The notes under the pieces were generated by a model. The model was not told the origin of the DNA and did not search any database. It saw only the letters and a program-made list of their open reading frames with translations. A stretch of 64,000 bases of DNA. It comes from an uncultured Phycisphaerales bacterium (GTDB lineage Bacteria > Planctomycetota > Phycisphaerae > Tepidisphaerales > Tepidisphaeraceae). Position 1 is the first letter of the stretch, and the number at the start of each line of letters is the position of its first letter. Positions 40,201 to 50,182 of this stretch are shown piece by piece. The DNA lies in contig CAVWLP010000002.1 of assembly GCA_963755915.1 (NCBI GenBank), forward strand, positions 1,184,001 to 1,248,000, in the 5' to 3' direction. The position numbers and the translations under genes were made by a program.

Positions 40201-41064
40201 TCATACGATGTCCCCGATTTGCCGGATTCCGTGCCTGAGCCATTGCCGCAAGTCGTTAGCCTGTTCTGACGTGCAACGGATTTCGGCGTCGACGGGATAG
40301 TCGGTGAAAATCCACCATTTTCGGTCAAATCGTAAGCGGAAGACGTTCGCCCTTTCCTCGCCAAGCATGAAGTCGGAGATTTTCTTCCACGGCGTGATGC
40401 TGTAGCGGGCGGCGTTGCGATCGGCGATGGCACTGTCCGGAATCTGGGCCATCGTTAGCCGAAATCGACGGCATCGGCGCCAAAGTACAACCGAGGTGAT
40501 GGCCGACAAATAGAACCACACCCAGAATTGCAGCGCGTCCATCCAACCGCTGAGGTACATCCAGATGAGAACCGGCGCCGCCAGAACTGCAATGACCCAG
40601 GCGTGTCCCCACACCAATTCCGCCAAAAAACTGGGACCGCCGACATTATCGTATTGCACGCATCCGTAATCGTTCAATCGAATCTGGATCAGGCCGGGAT
40701 GATCGGAGCTTTTTCGGCGCAGCAGGGTTATGCCAATCACCACAATCGTGATCCCGCCGAACAGCGCAAGCCAGGTCCGGCGTCTCAGGTTGGTGCCAGA
40801 AAAGGGGCTCATCATGGTGACATAAAAAAGCCAGAATACGGAAACAGCGACACGCCCGGCGATTTTGGATCGCGAGGCGTTGCCCAGGTTTGCATGCTGC
40901 CCCATCGCCCAGCCATAAAGGACGATTTCATTGACTTGCGGCGCCCGGCCGCATTCAGGACACGGCGATGATTCAGCCAACCCAGCGAGTGAATACCCAC
41001 AGTTCGGGCAGATTTCGCTGCACAGGGAGCGAGGAACCGAGGATGGGGCTAGTATTGCAACCAT
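40201..41064 (-). CDS. 4-TM membrane protein with N-terminal zinc ribbon
   Basis: CPNCGYSLAGLAESSPCPECG followed by four hydrophobic segments. Confidence 0.75.
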   Translation of the reverse strand: MVAILAPSSVPRSLCSEICPNCGYSLAGLAESSPCPECGRAPQVNEIVLYGWAMGQHANLGNASRSKIAGRVAVSVFWLFYVTMMSPFSGTNLRRRTWLALFGGITIVVIGITLLRRKSSDHPGLIQIRLNDYGCVQYDNVGGPSFLAELVWGHAWVIAVLAAPVLIWMYLSGWMDALQFWVWFYLSAITSVVLWRRCRRFRLTMAQIPDSAIADRNAARYSITPWKKISDFMLGEERANVFRLRFDRKWWIFTDYPVDAEIRCTSEQANDLRQWLRHGIRQIGDIV

Positions 41065-41214
41065 CCATCTATTTTAACTTTTTGTTGTGGGGCGACACCA
41101 ACTGATTCTTGGTGGGAACGGGGACGATCCGGCTCTGGCGCGGATGAAAACATAACTCTCGAATCGGCCACCAAAACACGCTATGCTGTGGCAATTGCAA
41201 GGGAAGAGGTCGCT

Positions 41215-42141
41215 GTGAGTTCAACCCAATCGATGCCCCTCACCGAGGTCGACGCTGCTGAGCTGCTTGAAACCAGCGCCCGCCTGGTCACCGCGTATTT
41301 CCAAGGCTTCGGCAAACGCTTCTCCGACGCTCCGCCTCGATTGATCGAGGCGATTCAATATAGCCTCATGGCCGGCGGAAAACGCCTCCGCCCCGCCCTC
41401 GTCTTCGAATCCGCCCGCGCCTGCCAGAAAAAAGCGACCCCCTCGAATCCCTCCCCATCCGTCCTCGCCGCCGCCGCCGCCATGGAGCTGATCCACACCT
41501 TCAGTTTGGTTCACGACGATCTCCCCGCCATGGACGACGACGACCTTCGCCGCGGCCGTCCCACGAATCACAAGGTCTTTGGCGAAGCGATGGCCATCCT
41601 TGCCGGCGACGCCATGACCACCATCGCCTTCGAAATCCTCGCTGCCGATGCCGACCCAAAGCTCGTCGCCCCCCTCGTCGGTGAGCTCGCCCGCGCCTCC
41701 GGCCCCTCCGGAATGATCGGCGGCCAGGTCATCGACATGGACAACGCCCACCCCGCCAAAAATCTCACCGAGCTTCAGCATCTTCACCGCATGAAGACCG
41801 GCGCCCTGCTCACCGCCTCCTGCCGCATGGGCGGCATCGCCGCCGCCGCCGAGCCCCATGAACTCTCCGCCCTCGAAGCCTTCGGCCGACACATGGGCCT
41901 CGCTTTCCAGATCGTCGACGACATCCTCGACGAAACTTCCACTGCCGAGCAGCTTGGCAAAGCCACGAAAAAGGACGCAGCAAAAGGAAAAGTGACCTAC
42001 CCGATGCTTCTGGGCCTGGAAAAAAGTCGGTCCGCCGCAAAAGAGCAATTATCCGCTGCTCTGGCCGCGATTAAACCGCTCGGCGATCGCGCCCGAGGAC
42101 TCCGGTCACTTGCGGAATTTGTCGTCGAACGCAACAAATAA
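41215..42141 (+). CDS. ispA: polyprenyl (farnesyl) diphosphate synthase
   Basis: GGKRLRP, SLVHDDLPAMDDDDLRRG and FQIVDDILD motifs; upstream of dxs. Confidence 0.92.
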   Translation: MSSTQSMPLTEVDAAELLETSARLVTAYFQGFGKRFSDAPPRLIEAIQYSLMAGGKRLRPALVFESARACQKKATPSNPSPSVLAAAAAMELIHTFSLVHDDLPAMDDDDLRRGRPTNHKVFGEAMAILAGDAMTTIAFEILAADADPKLVAPLVGELARASGPSGMIGGQVIDMDNAHPAKNLTELQHLHRMKTGALLTASCRMGGIAAAAEPHELSALEAFGRHMGLAFQIVDDILDETSTAEQLGKATKKDAAKGKVTYPMLLGLEKSRSAAKEQLSAALAAIKPLGDRARGLRSLAEFVVERNK

Positions 42142-42343
42142 TCAATATCTGACAATATCATCCGAAAGTTCTGACATGGACGGTTATGCCCTCCTAAGCT
42201 AAAAAGGTACCCCTGAGGGCTGGAAATGCGGTTGGAAATCGCAATAGTTGTTGTGCGATGTTGCATGGGTTCGGTTGTCTGTGTCTCTCGGCCCATTGGC
42301 GCATTGCCCGGGCAAGGACGTCCGGCTAGTAGGAGATCGAAAT

Positions 42344-44347
42344 ATGGGATTGTTGGAATCGATTCGTATTCCGACGGACATTCGTCGCCTCACCATGGAA
42401 GAGTTGACGACGCTTGCCTCGGAAATCCGTGACCGTATCGTTCAATCCGTCAGTCAAAATGGGGGTCATCTCGCCAGTAACCTCGGCGTAGCCGAGCTTA
42501 CGATCGCCCTCCACTACGTTTACGACCTCGGTCCCTATCCCACCGGCCCAGACTGGCTCCTCTGGGACGTCGGCCACCAGTGCTACGCCCACAAAATGCT
42601 CAGCGGCCGCCTCGCGAAGTTCCCAACCCTTCGCAAAAAGGGCTCCGTCAGCGGCTTCCCTAACCCCGACGAATCCCCCTACGACCTCTTCTCCGTCGGT
42701 CATGCGGGCACCGCCATCAGCACCGCCGTCGGAATGGCCCGCGGCTGCGACCTCATGCGCCGCACCGGCAACGTCATCGCCGTCGTCGGCGATGCCTCTA
42801 TCGTAAATGGTTTGGCCTTCGAGGGTTTAAACAACGCCGGAACCTTAAAACGGCAAATGCTGGTCATCCTGAACGACAACGGCATGAGCATCAGCCAGCC
42901 CCAGGGCGCCTTCAGCCAATACCTCGAGCGCATCCGCGTCAGCACCACCTACGGCGAAGCCAAACGCCTCGCCGAAAAATTCGTCGGCCGCCTTCCGCCC
43001 ACCGTCGGGCACACCGTCGAGCAGGTCTGGCGCCATGTCACCGATGGCGTAAAAAGCGCCATCTGGCCCGGCCAGATCTTCGAAACCCTCGGCCTCAAAT
43101 ATTTTGGCCCCCTCGATGGTCACGACATTCCCGGAATGATCGACCTCCTCGCCGAAATCAAGCACGTTCAGGCCCCCGTCCTCCTTCACGTGAAGACGGT
43201 CAAAGGCAACGGCTACGAAATCGCCAGCGCCGAGCCGACCCGCTTCCACAGCCCCTCGGCATTCCAGGTCAACGGCTGCCGGGTCGAAATTATAAAAGGC
43301 CCCGGCAAAACCTGGACCTCCGCCTACGCCGACGCCATGATCGCCCTCGCCAAAAAAGACCAGCGTGTCGTCGCATTAACGGCTGCCATGCCCGACGGCA
43401 CCGGCCTCTCCAAATTCGAAAAGGAGATCCCCAACCGCTATTACGACACCGGAATCTGCGAAAGCCATCTCACCGCCATGGCCGCCGGAATGGCCAAAGC
43501 CGGAATGCGCCCCTTCGCCGCCATCTATTCCACCTTCCTCCAGAGGGCCTTCGACCAGGTCTGGCAGGAAGTCGCCCTCAATCATTTGCCCGTCTGCTTC
43601 TGCATGGACCGCGCCGGTTTCGTCGGCGACGACGGCGCCGTCCATCACGGATTCATGGACCAGGCCTTCCTGCGGCCCCTTCCCGGAATCGTCCTCATGG
43701 CTCCCAGCGACGAAGCCGAGCTCAATCGCTGCTTGCGCCTGGCGCTCACCCTCGAAACTCCCAGTGCCGTGCGCTATCCGCGCGACAACGTCCCGGCCAA
43801 AAATCTCGATGAAATCATCGACTCCGCCCTTCATGCCGCCGCCATCGAGGAATGGACCGTCGGCAAGAGCCGCACCCTCCGCACCGGCCCCGACGCCACG
43901 CTGATCGCCTACGGCGCCTTCGCCGAAAGCGCGATGGAAGTCGCCGCTTTGCTCGCCCAGGATGAAATCGAAATCGAAGTCATCGACGCCCGCTTCTGCA
44001 AGCCCCTCGATGGCGCGATGCTCTCGCGCGTCCTCCGCCCCGCCCATGCGGTGCTCACGCTCGAAGACCATTCCCTCCAAAACGGTTTCGGCTCCGCCGT
44101 CGCAGAACACGCCGTCGGCCACTCCTTGCCCACCGCGCATCTCACCGCCCTAGGCATGCCCGACCGCCTCATCGCCCACGCCACCCGCAAGCAGCAGCTT
44201 GCCGACGTCGGCCTCGACGTCACCGGCATCGCGCAAACCGTGCGCGACGCCATTCACGCCGCGCAAAACTTGCCCGCCGAAGCCCCGGCCGTCGAAGTCT
44301 CCGTCCGCGCCCCCAAAAATCGCAAGGCAATGGCTAATCAGGAATGA
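42344..44347 (+). CDS. dxs: 1-deoxy-D-xylulose-5-phosphate synthase
   Basis: GGHLASNLG, DVGHQ.Y.HK, GHAGTAIS, LNDN.MSI, YSTFLQRAFDQ and DRAG.VG.DG motifs. Confidence 0.96.
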   Translation: MGLLESIRIPTDIRRLTMEELTTLASEIRDRIVQSVSQNGGHLASNLGVAELTIALHYVYDLGPYPTGPDWLLWDVGHQCYAHKMLSGRLAKFPTLRKKGSVSGFPNPDESPYDLFSVGHAGTAISTAVGMARGCDLMRRTGNVIAVVGDASIVNGLAFEGLNNAGTLKRQMLVILNDNGMSISQPQGAFSQYLERIRVSTTYGEAKRLAEKFVGRLPPTVGHTVEQVWRHVTDGVKSAIWPGQIFETLGLKYFGPLDGHDIPGMIDLLAEIKHVQAPVLLHVKTVKGNGYEIASAEPTRFHSPSAFQVNGCRVEIIKGPGKTWTSAYADAMIALAKKDQRVVALTAAMPDGTGLSKFEKEIPNRYYDTGICESHLTAMAAGMAKAGMRPFAAIYSTFLQRAFDQVWQEVALNHLPVCFCMDRAGFVGDDGAVHHGFMDQAFLRPLPGIVLMAPSDEAELNRCLRLALTLETPSAVRYPRDNVPAKNLDEIIDSALHAAAIEEWTVGKSRTLRTGPDATLIAYGAFAESAMEVAALLAQDEIEIEVIDARFCKPLDGAMLSRVLRPAHAVLTLEDHSLQNGFGSAVAEHAVGHSLPTAHLTALGMPDRLIAHATRKQQLADVGLDVTGIAQTVRDAIHAAQNLPAEAPAVEVSVRAPKNRKAMANQE

Positions 44348-44519
44348 TAATCGACCCGCCTTTTCCCCCGCCACCGGTACTCCGGCCTTCGGCTCTGAGG
44401 CTCAGGCTCGAAGAGGGGAGGGCAGGGGAGGGGGTTTTCCCCGACGGGGAGATCTTGCGAAGGTGTTGCTGGTAAAATCGCTTTCGGCTAAACCAGTTGT
44501 TGTTCGCCAGGAGTTCATT

Positions 44520-46523
44520 ATGCGCTGGGCGGGTCTCCTTTTAGTCTTCTTCATCGCCGGCTGTACCACGACGCGGGAAATTACGATCACCGCCAGGCCC
44601 CCCGACACCATGATTACCGTCGACAACGGCCTTCAGAAGGGCATGGGCCAGATCACCGCCACCATTAAGTTCAAGAACGACACCGATGTCCATCTCGTCA
44701 CCGCCCAGCGCCGCGGCTACCAGGACAAAACCATCGCCCTGCATCGTGACGATCCCTCCAACAGCGTTGAAGTCGATCTCAGCCCCTATCAGAAGCACCT
44801 GAGCTTCTCCATCGTGCCGATCCCGGCAAACGTCTATGTCGATGGCACGCCGATCACCAGCGGGCCCGTTTCCCAGGCCGGCTCAGTCCAGGATTTCACC
44901 ATTGACGAGCAGGACAACTGGACGCATCACGACATCGTCGCCTCGCGCGAGGGTTGGGAGCCCGCTCGTCTCACCGTCAACTGGACCGACGCCTCCGCCG
45001 ATTACGTCCTCCAGCTCCAGCCCAAACGCAAGGACGTAACCATCACCACCAATCCCCCCGGCGCAACGGTCAATCTCGACGGCACCGACATCGGCACCGG
45101 CCCCGTCGTCGCCAAACAGCTCGCCTTTCCCTTCGACAACAGCAGCGGCCAATTCCCCAGCAAACGAATCATCATCTCTAAGGCCGGCTACGATCCCGTC
45201 GAGCGCGACATCTCCTGGGACAACGGCAAGGGCGATTACCAGATCGACCTCGTCCCCCACCAGAAAATCGTCCGCATCGTCACCGATCCCGCCGGCGCAG
45301 TCGTTAGCATCAACGGCCAACAAGCCGTCCCCGGCCCTGACGGCGTGCCCACGATTCAGCTCAGCTACGTGCCCGACAACGACGGCAATCTGCCGGTCTT
45401 TACGGCCAACGCCAGCAAACAAACCCAGCAGACCGAGTGGTATCCCGCCAACATCCCCATCGGCTGGGACGACGGCCGCAGCGAGTATTCCGTCACCCTC
45501 AAGGAAATCATGACCCGCTTCGTCCAGCAGACGACGGTCGATCTGCAGCGCGATTCCGACGGCGTCTGGCAGATCGTCCCCAAAGTTCAGCCCGATACCG
45601 TTGCGATGAAAGACATCAGCGAAGGCCCCGGCAAAGATCCCCCCACGCAGATCTTCCAGGCCCCGCACGGCTCCACGATCGGCACGCTGGCCGTCAGCCC
45701 CGACGGCACCAAAATCGTCTTCACCCTCATCTCCGGCTCCACCCGGCAGGAACTCCGCTCGCAAATCCTCGCCGTCGATACCAGCGGCCCCGGAAACGTC
45801 CAGGAAGTCACGGACGGCAAATCGCTCGACCTCATGCCCTCCTTCACGCCCGATGGCAGCCAGATCGTCTACTCCTCCAACCGCGCCGGCAAATACCTCA
45901 ACGTCTGGCGCAAGAGCCTCGACGGCGCGACCGGCATTGACCAGCTCACCTACGGCGACGAGCAGGATATGTGGCCCATGATCGACGCGATGCCTAAGCC
46001 GCGGCTATTTTACGAAGTCCTCTCCGACAGCCAGCCCGACCCGCAGCTTTACGTGGCGCCGGTGGACAGCAACCTGCGGACGGACCTGGCGACGATCCCG
46101 GTGAGTCAGCCGCGCGTGAGCCCGCGGGCGGATTCGCTGCTCTTCACCAGCGTCAACCAGCGGACTGGAAATAGAGAAATCTACCGCATCTCCGACCGCG
46201 GCGGCTCGCCGATCGAGATCACCAACGATCCCGATTCCGAGTGCTACGACCCCGCCTGGTCCAAGGACGGCAGCATGATGGCGTTCGTCTCCGACCGCTC
46301 GTTCGCGATTTTCCCCGAGCTGCACGACAACCGCGTCATCGACGTCCGCCGGCGGAATCCGGATATCTGGGTGGTGGAATTGGCCCATTCGGATAAGCCA
46401 GAGCAGGTGACGACAAACGGCAGCATCGACGACTGCCCGGCGTGGGACCCCAGCGGAAATGCCGTCTACTTCCGGAGTAACCGCGGCGGGGAGTGGGGGA
46501 TTTGGAAGATACCCGTCCGTTAG
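44520..46523 (+). CDS. lipoprotein with PEGA-like repeats and a TolB-like beta-propeller
   Basis: Lipobox IAGC; repeated T.P.GA.V.(L/I)(D/N)G units; PD40-like PSFTPDG, PAWSKDG and PAWDPSG. Confidence 0.8.
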   Translation: MRWAGLLLVFFIAGCTTTREITITARPPDTMITVDNGLQKGMGQITATIKFKNDTDVHLVTAQRRGYQDKTIALHRDDPSNSVEVDLSPYQKHLSFSIVPIPANVYVDGTPITSGPVSQAGSVQDFTIDEQDNWTHHDIVASREGWEPARLTVNWTDASADYVLQLQPKRKDVTITTNPPGATVNLDGTDIGTGPVVAKQLAFPFDNSSGQFPSKRIIISKAGYDPVERDISWDNGKGDYQIDLVPHQKIVRIVTDPAGAVVSINGQQAVPGPDGVPTIQLSYVPDNDGNLPVFTANASKQTQQTEWYPANIPIGWDDGRSEYSVTLKEIMTRFVQQTTVDLQRDSDGVWQIVPKVQPDTVAMKDISEGPGKDPPTQIFQAPHGSTIGTLAVSPDGTKIVFTLISGSTRQELRSQILAVDTSGPGNVQEVTDGKSLDLMPSFTPDGSQIVYSSNRAGKYLNVWRKSLDGATGIDQLTYGDEQDMWPMIDAMPKPRLFYEVLSDSQPDPQLYVAPVDSNLRTDLATIPVSQPRVSPRADSLLFTSVNQRTGNREIYRISDRGGSPIEITNDPDSECYDPAWSKDGSMMAFVSDRSFAIFPELHDNRVIDVRRRNPDIWVVELAHSDKPEQVTTNGSIDDCPAWDPSGNAVYFRSNRGGEWGIWKIPVR

Positions 46524-46827
46524 GACGGGATTGCCGATTGCCGAATGGCGGATTGAAAAAGGTGCGAGCGAGATCGCTTTCTGGAGTCAGGACTTCGGTA
46601 CAAAACTTTACAGTCCGCAGACCTTGCACACCGGAAAGTTTTTAAGCCTTTTTGTTGTGCAGGGTTGCGTTCTGTTGTGCAGGAGCCCGACCACAAAGTT
46701 CAAAAAAAGAATGCCCGACCTATCAAATCGGGCACTCAAAGCCATTATGGGGAGGGGTTTTTCAACCTTCTCCGCCTTAGCGGGCAATCGTAATTATCGA
46801 CCAAATTAGCATAAAAGTCAAGTAAAG

Positions 46828-46862
46828 TACGGTGGGCGGGAGTCGAACCCGCACGCCCGCTA
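46828..46862 (-). pseudogene. 3' fragment of a tRNA (Leu-like); possible att remnant
   Basis: Minus strand GGGCGT-GCGGG-TTCGACT-CCCGC-CCACCGT-A gives variable arm end, T arm, acceptor 3' strand and discriminator; no D or anticodon arm upstream. Confidence 0.7.
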
Positions 46863-46901
46863 AAGCTGGGCTGGATGGGGGATTTGGGTGGCCGGTTTTC
46901 G

Positions 46902-46936
46902 TGATATCAATGATATCAATGATATCGGTGATATCG
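46902..46936. repeat. short tandem repeat TGATATC(AA/GG) x4
   Basis: Seen directly; other short-unit tracts at about 5805-5826 (TGCCAAA x3), 27841-27895 and 46529-46557. Confidence 0.7.
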
Positions 46937-47279
46937 TGTTGAAACTCTAACCTGAAATTCGTCTTCCACCCTGACTTCGGCAAGCTCAGTCGAGTCGAGG
47001 CTAAGACCCGAAGAGAATCAAATTCGAATTCTGAAGTTCGAAATGGGGAAGGGATTCTAATCGGGTTGGGGCGGGTGAGCTGGGCGCCCGAGGGGGCGAC
47101 TGGATTCATTTCCGCAGCAACCGCACAGGGGAGTGGGGGATTCAGAAGATTCCGGTGAGGTGATGAGGGCAATTTGGGAAGCAACCCTTGTATGATGCCC
47201 TTATGACAGCTCTTTACTACGCGTGCGTCGTCCCGAATCAGGGGGCCCCGTTCCTGAGGAGCCAATATTTGGATGGCGA

Positions 47280-48035
47280 ATGAAAAATCCGCAGAATAAG
47301 GAAAATGGCATTATCGCAATTCTTGACGCTCTCGGGGCTGCCAACTACGGCGAGACGGAAATCGCGCGCTTTGTGGATTCGCGCCAACAGGTTCTTGAAC
47401 TTCTCGATGAGAAAGCATCCAATGTTTTCGGCAAAATCGACGCAGGAATGGTAACGACTTTCACTTTCAACGACACGATATTGATCGTGCTACGCACGGG
47501 ACTGACCCCACCGAAGCTTCAGGAAATTGGCAAATTCTTCTCAATAATGCGCAAATTTTTTGTTGATTCGCTCGAACACGGGATACTTTTCCGCGGATCA
47601 ATCGCGGTCGGAGACTTCTATGTCAATGACAAGACCAACACCGTGCTCGGAAAGGCCATTACCGATGCAGCTGCGTGGTATGACAAGGCAGACTGGATCG
47701 GTATTCACGCCACTCCACGAACCTCAATGGTGATACAGCGCTGGATCGAGAATTCACTTAGTATTAAAAAGGAGAATGTTCTTATCGACTACGATGTCCC
47801 GATGAAACACGGAGGCGCGGTTCGATTAAAGGCCGTAAATTGGCCGAAGATGTTCTTCAATAATTCCTATTCGCCCTGCAAAAACGATGAAGAACCAAGA
47901 GAAAAGCTCCTCCAGTTCTTGACGATTCATCAGGTTCCGGCCGGAACGGAATCTAAGTTTTTCAACACCGTCTCGTTCTTTGACCACGCGGCGAAACAAT
48001 TTTCCGGTTCACGGAAGCCAAAGAAAGCTAACTAG
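47280..48035 (+). CDS. divergent class III nucleotidyl cyclase-like protein
   Basis: IAILDALG and FNDTILI (two candidate metal-binding Asp), FRGSIAVG and VLGKAITDA; lower GC than flanks. Confidence 0.6.
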   Translation: MKNPQNKENGIIAILDALGAANYGETEIARFVDSRQQVLELLDEKASNVFGKIDAGMVTTFTFNDTILIVLRTGLTPPKLQEIGKFFSIMRKFFVDSLEHGILFRGSIAVGDFYVNDKTNTVLGKAITDAAAWYDKADWIGIHATPRTSMVIQRWIENSLSIKKENVLIDYDVPMKHGGAVRLKAVNWPKMFFNNSYSPCKNDEEPREKLLQFLTIHQVPAGTESKFFNTVSFFDHAAKQFSGSRKPKKAN

Positions 48036-48101
48036 CCGAGGACAAGGGACGGGGACGGACAAGGAACTGGGACACAGTTAGTTTGAAACTAGCTGCGTTC
48101 C

Positions 48102-48245
48102 TAATGCCACGAAGTTAAGCTGCAACACAGTGTTTCTCCCATAGTTGCGATTTTACCTGGGCGCGAGGCTCGGTCAGATACGGAAACTGCTTCTTGGCAC
48201 GCTTCAGCACGCGCGGCTCCAGCCGACCCGGACGAAGCGGGGTCG
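48102..48245 (-). mobile_element. remnant of a different IS4-family element (transposase C-terminus plus right end)
   Basis: RPGRLEPRVLKR.KK.FPYL..PR C-terminus; end sequence TAATGCC....AGTTAAG resembles the IS4 terminal repeat. Confidence 0.7.
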
Positions 48246-48252
48246 AACTCGA

Positions 48253-48300
48253 ACTGAATTGGACAGGACCCTTAATATTAAGGGTCCTGTCCAATTCAGT
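48253..48300. repeat. perfect 48-bp palindrome
   Basis: ACTGAATTGGACAGGACCCTTAAT|ATTAAGGGTCCTGTCCAATTCAGT. Confidence 0.9.
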
Positions 48301-48456
48301 GATCTCAAAATACCGAGAATTGAGTTTTGCCGGTGATTCACGGCATAGGTCGGTCGAATTTGACAGCCCCATTCACGACCCCGAGACTATTTGGACATTT
48401 TTCCGCATTGCACAACCCAACTGCTAGAGGGCCACCGCCCTAGGAAATGGGATGCA

Positions 48457-49017
48457 ATGGATTACCTGAAAGCAATCCTTCCAGTTCTAACCTTCATCGC
48501 CGGTTATTTCTTGAGTAACCTCGACCGTCACCGAGATTTGCGGCGCAAGCTTCGCAATTTGAAGATGATTCTCTTCATGGAAATGTCGGCCAACTACGAA
48601 TTTCTAAACTCGGTCCTTCCGCTAAACGTGGAAGAGAAACCAATCGCCGAGCTTGTAGAAAGTGTGGCGTGGCGGTTGTCGTCTGACGTATATGACCGTT
48701 ATCTGGACCGACTTGACCAACTGCAAATTCAAGACCTAAGTAAGATCTACCAGGGCTGTGCAATGTTGAAGCGGCTTCAGGCTGACGTCAAAAAATTTCG
48801 AGCCCTCAAGGATCGCATCAACGCCGGCCCCGAAATTACGATCGAGCTGAACATGCAGGCCATGGTCCTTTCCGACGACGTCCAGATTTGCCACGAGCCC
48901 TTGGCCAAAGCCCTCGGCGTCTTTCAAAATGGGCCGTCATTTCTGCAGGGACAAAAGGCCAAACAGGGCAAACTATATGAACTCTACAAAGAAAGCTGCG
49001 AGAAATCGCGAGACTAA
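48457..49017 (+). CDS. hypothetical protein with a single N-terminal TM and a helical body
   Basis: ILPVLTFIAGYFLS followed by charged helices; lower GC. Confidence 0.65.
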   Translation: MDYLKAILPVLTFIAGYFLSNLDRHRDLRRKLRNLKMILFMEMSANYEFLNSVLPLNVEEKPIAELVESVAWRLSSDVYDRYLDRLDQLQIQDLSKIYQGCAMLKRLQADVKKFRALKDRINAGPEITIELNMQAMVLSDDVQICHEPLAKALGVFQNGPSFLQGQKAKQGKLYELYKESCEKSRD

Positions 49018-49164
49018 CGGGATCAGGTTCCGATCTGGGATAAATAATTCACCGCTCTCTCGCCTCGGCGAATCGACTGCTTCGCGAACCCACTGTCGCC
49101 GGGAAGGTCTGCTAGACTTAGGGCACTATGTGGTGCGCCCCCGCGACGTCAGACGTGTACTGTC

Positions 49165-50057
49165 ATGGGAAAAATGAACCCGCTCGGATTTGCCCTTTTC
49201 GGTCTGTCGTTCGGATTCATCGCGGCCCTGGCCGCGAGCGCCTTTGCTGCCGACACCCAGCCGTCCCCGCCCGAGCCGGTAGAAGTCCGCTATTCGCCGC
49301 CCATGCATCCGGCAGTGCTGGGGACGACGTTTGTGGACTGGGATTCGCTGGTGCCGCGGTATACGCCGGTGGGGCGGGCGGTGTCGGTTTTCGATAATCC
49401 CACGGCTGCGCTCCTCAAATTCGAAGTTCACATCACCACGCTGCGGCCGGGGATGCTTTCGCACGCGGTTCACCATCATGCCTGGGAGGAAATGCTGCTG
49501 ATCAAGGAGGGAAAAGTAGAAGTCTCGATCAACGGGAAGAAACATCCGGCCGGGCCGGGGTTTCTGATCTTTTTCGCTTCGCATGATCCGCACAACCTGA
49601 AAAACGTGGGGACGACGGATGCCACTTATTATGTCATCAATTTTGTGACCGATGTCGTTCACAGCGCTGAGGATCGGCCGGCGAGCGAGCAGGCCGTGCC
49701 CGGCAAACTGGCGTCCAGCGTGATTGACTGCGATGGCATTACGCCAACCGCAACGCCGACGGGGTCGCGAGTCGCCATCCTCGATTCGCCCACGCTCACG
49801 TTTCAGCGTCTGGTGATCCACATCACCACGCTGAATCCGGGTGAGAGCACTCGCTCTGACATGATCGACCCCGGCGATGAGCTGTTCATCGTCCGCTCGG
49901 GATTTCTGGAAGCGACAGTCAACGGCGTTACCTCCCGCATGAAGGAAGGCTCGCTCTTCTATTGCGCCCGAACGACAAGCGGGCGTTCAAGAACATCGGG
50001 GCTGCACCGGCGAGTTATCAGGTCTTCAAAGTCGTCTCGGACAAGTCGCCGCGTTAA
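49165..50057 (+). CDS. exported double-cupin protein, frameshifted near 49968
   Basis: Signal peptide; HITTL.PG...H..HHH..EE and H.LKNVG motifs; a second degenerate cupin. Confidence 0.78.
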
Positions 50058-50182
50058 GACGGATCACTCACCGCGGAGCACGCCAAGAGACTTCGGTGAA
50101 CTCAGTCGAACCGTGCCAAGAAAATACAAAACCGGAATTTCCTCCGCGATCTTTGCGCTCTCCGCGGTGACGTGCAAAACAT

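Noticed and set aside
46828-46900. Intact tRNA gene
   Set aside because: Only the T arm and the acceptor 3' strand are present; upstream sequence cannot form D or anticodon arms.
48115-48372. 85-aa ORF as a real protein
   Set aside because: It is a chimera of the palindrome and the transposase C-terminal remnant.
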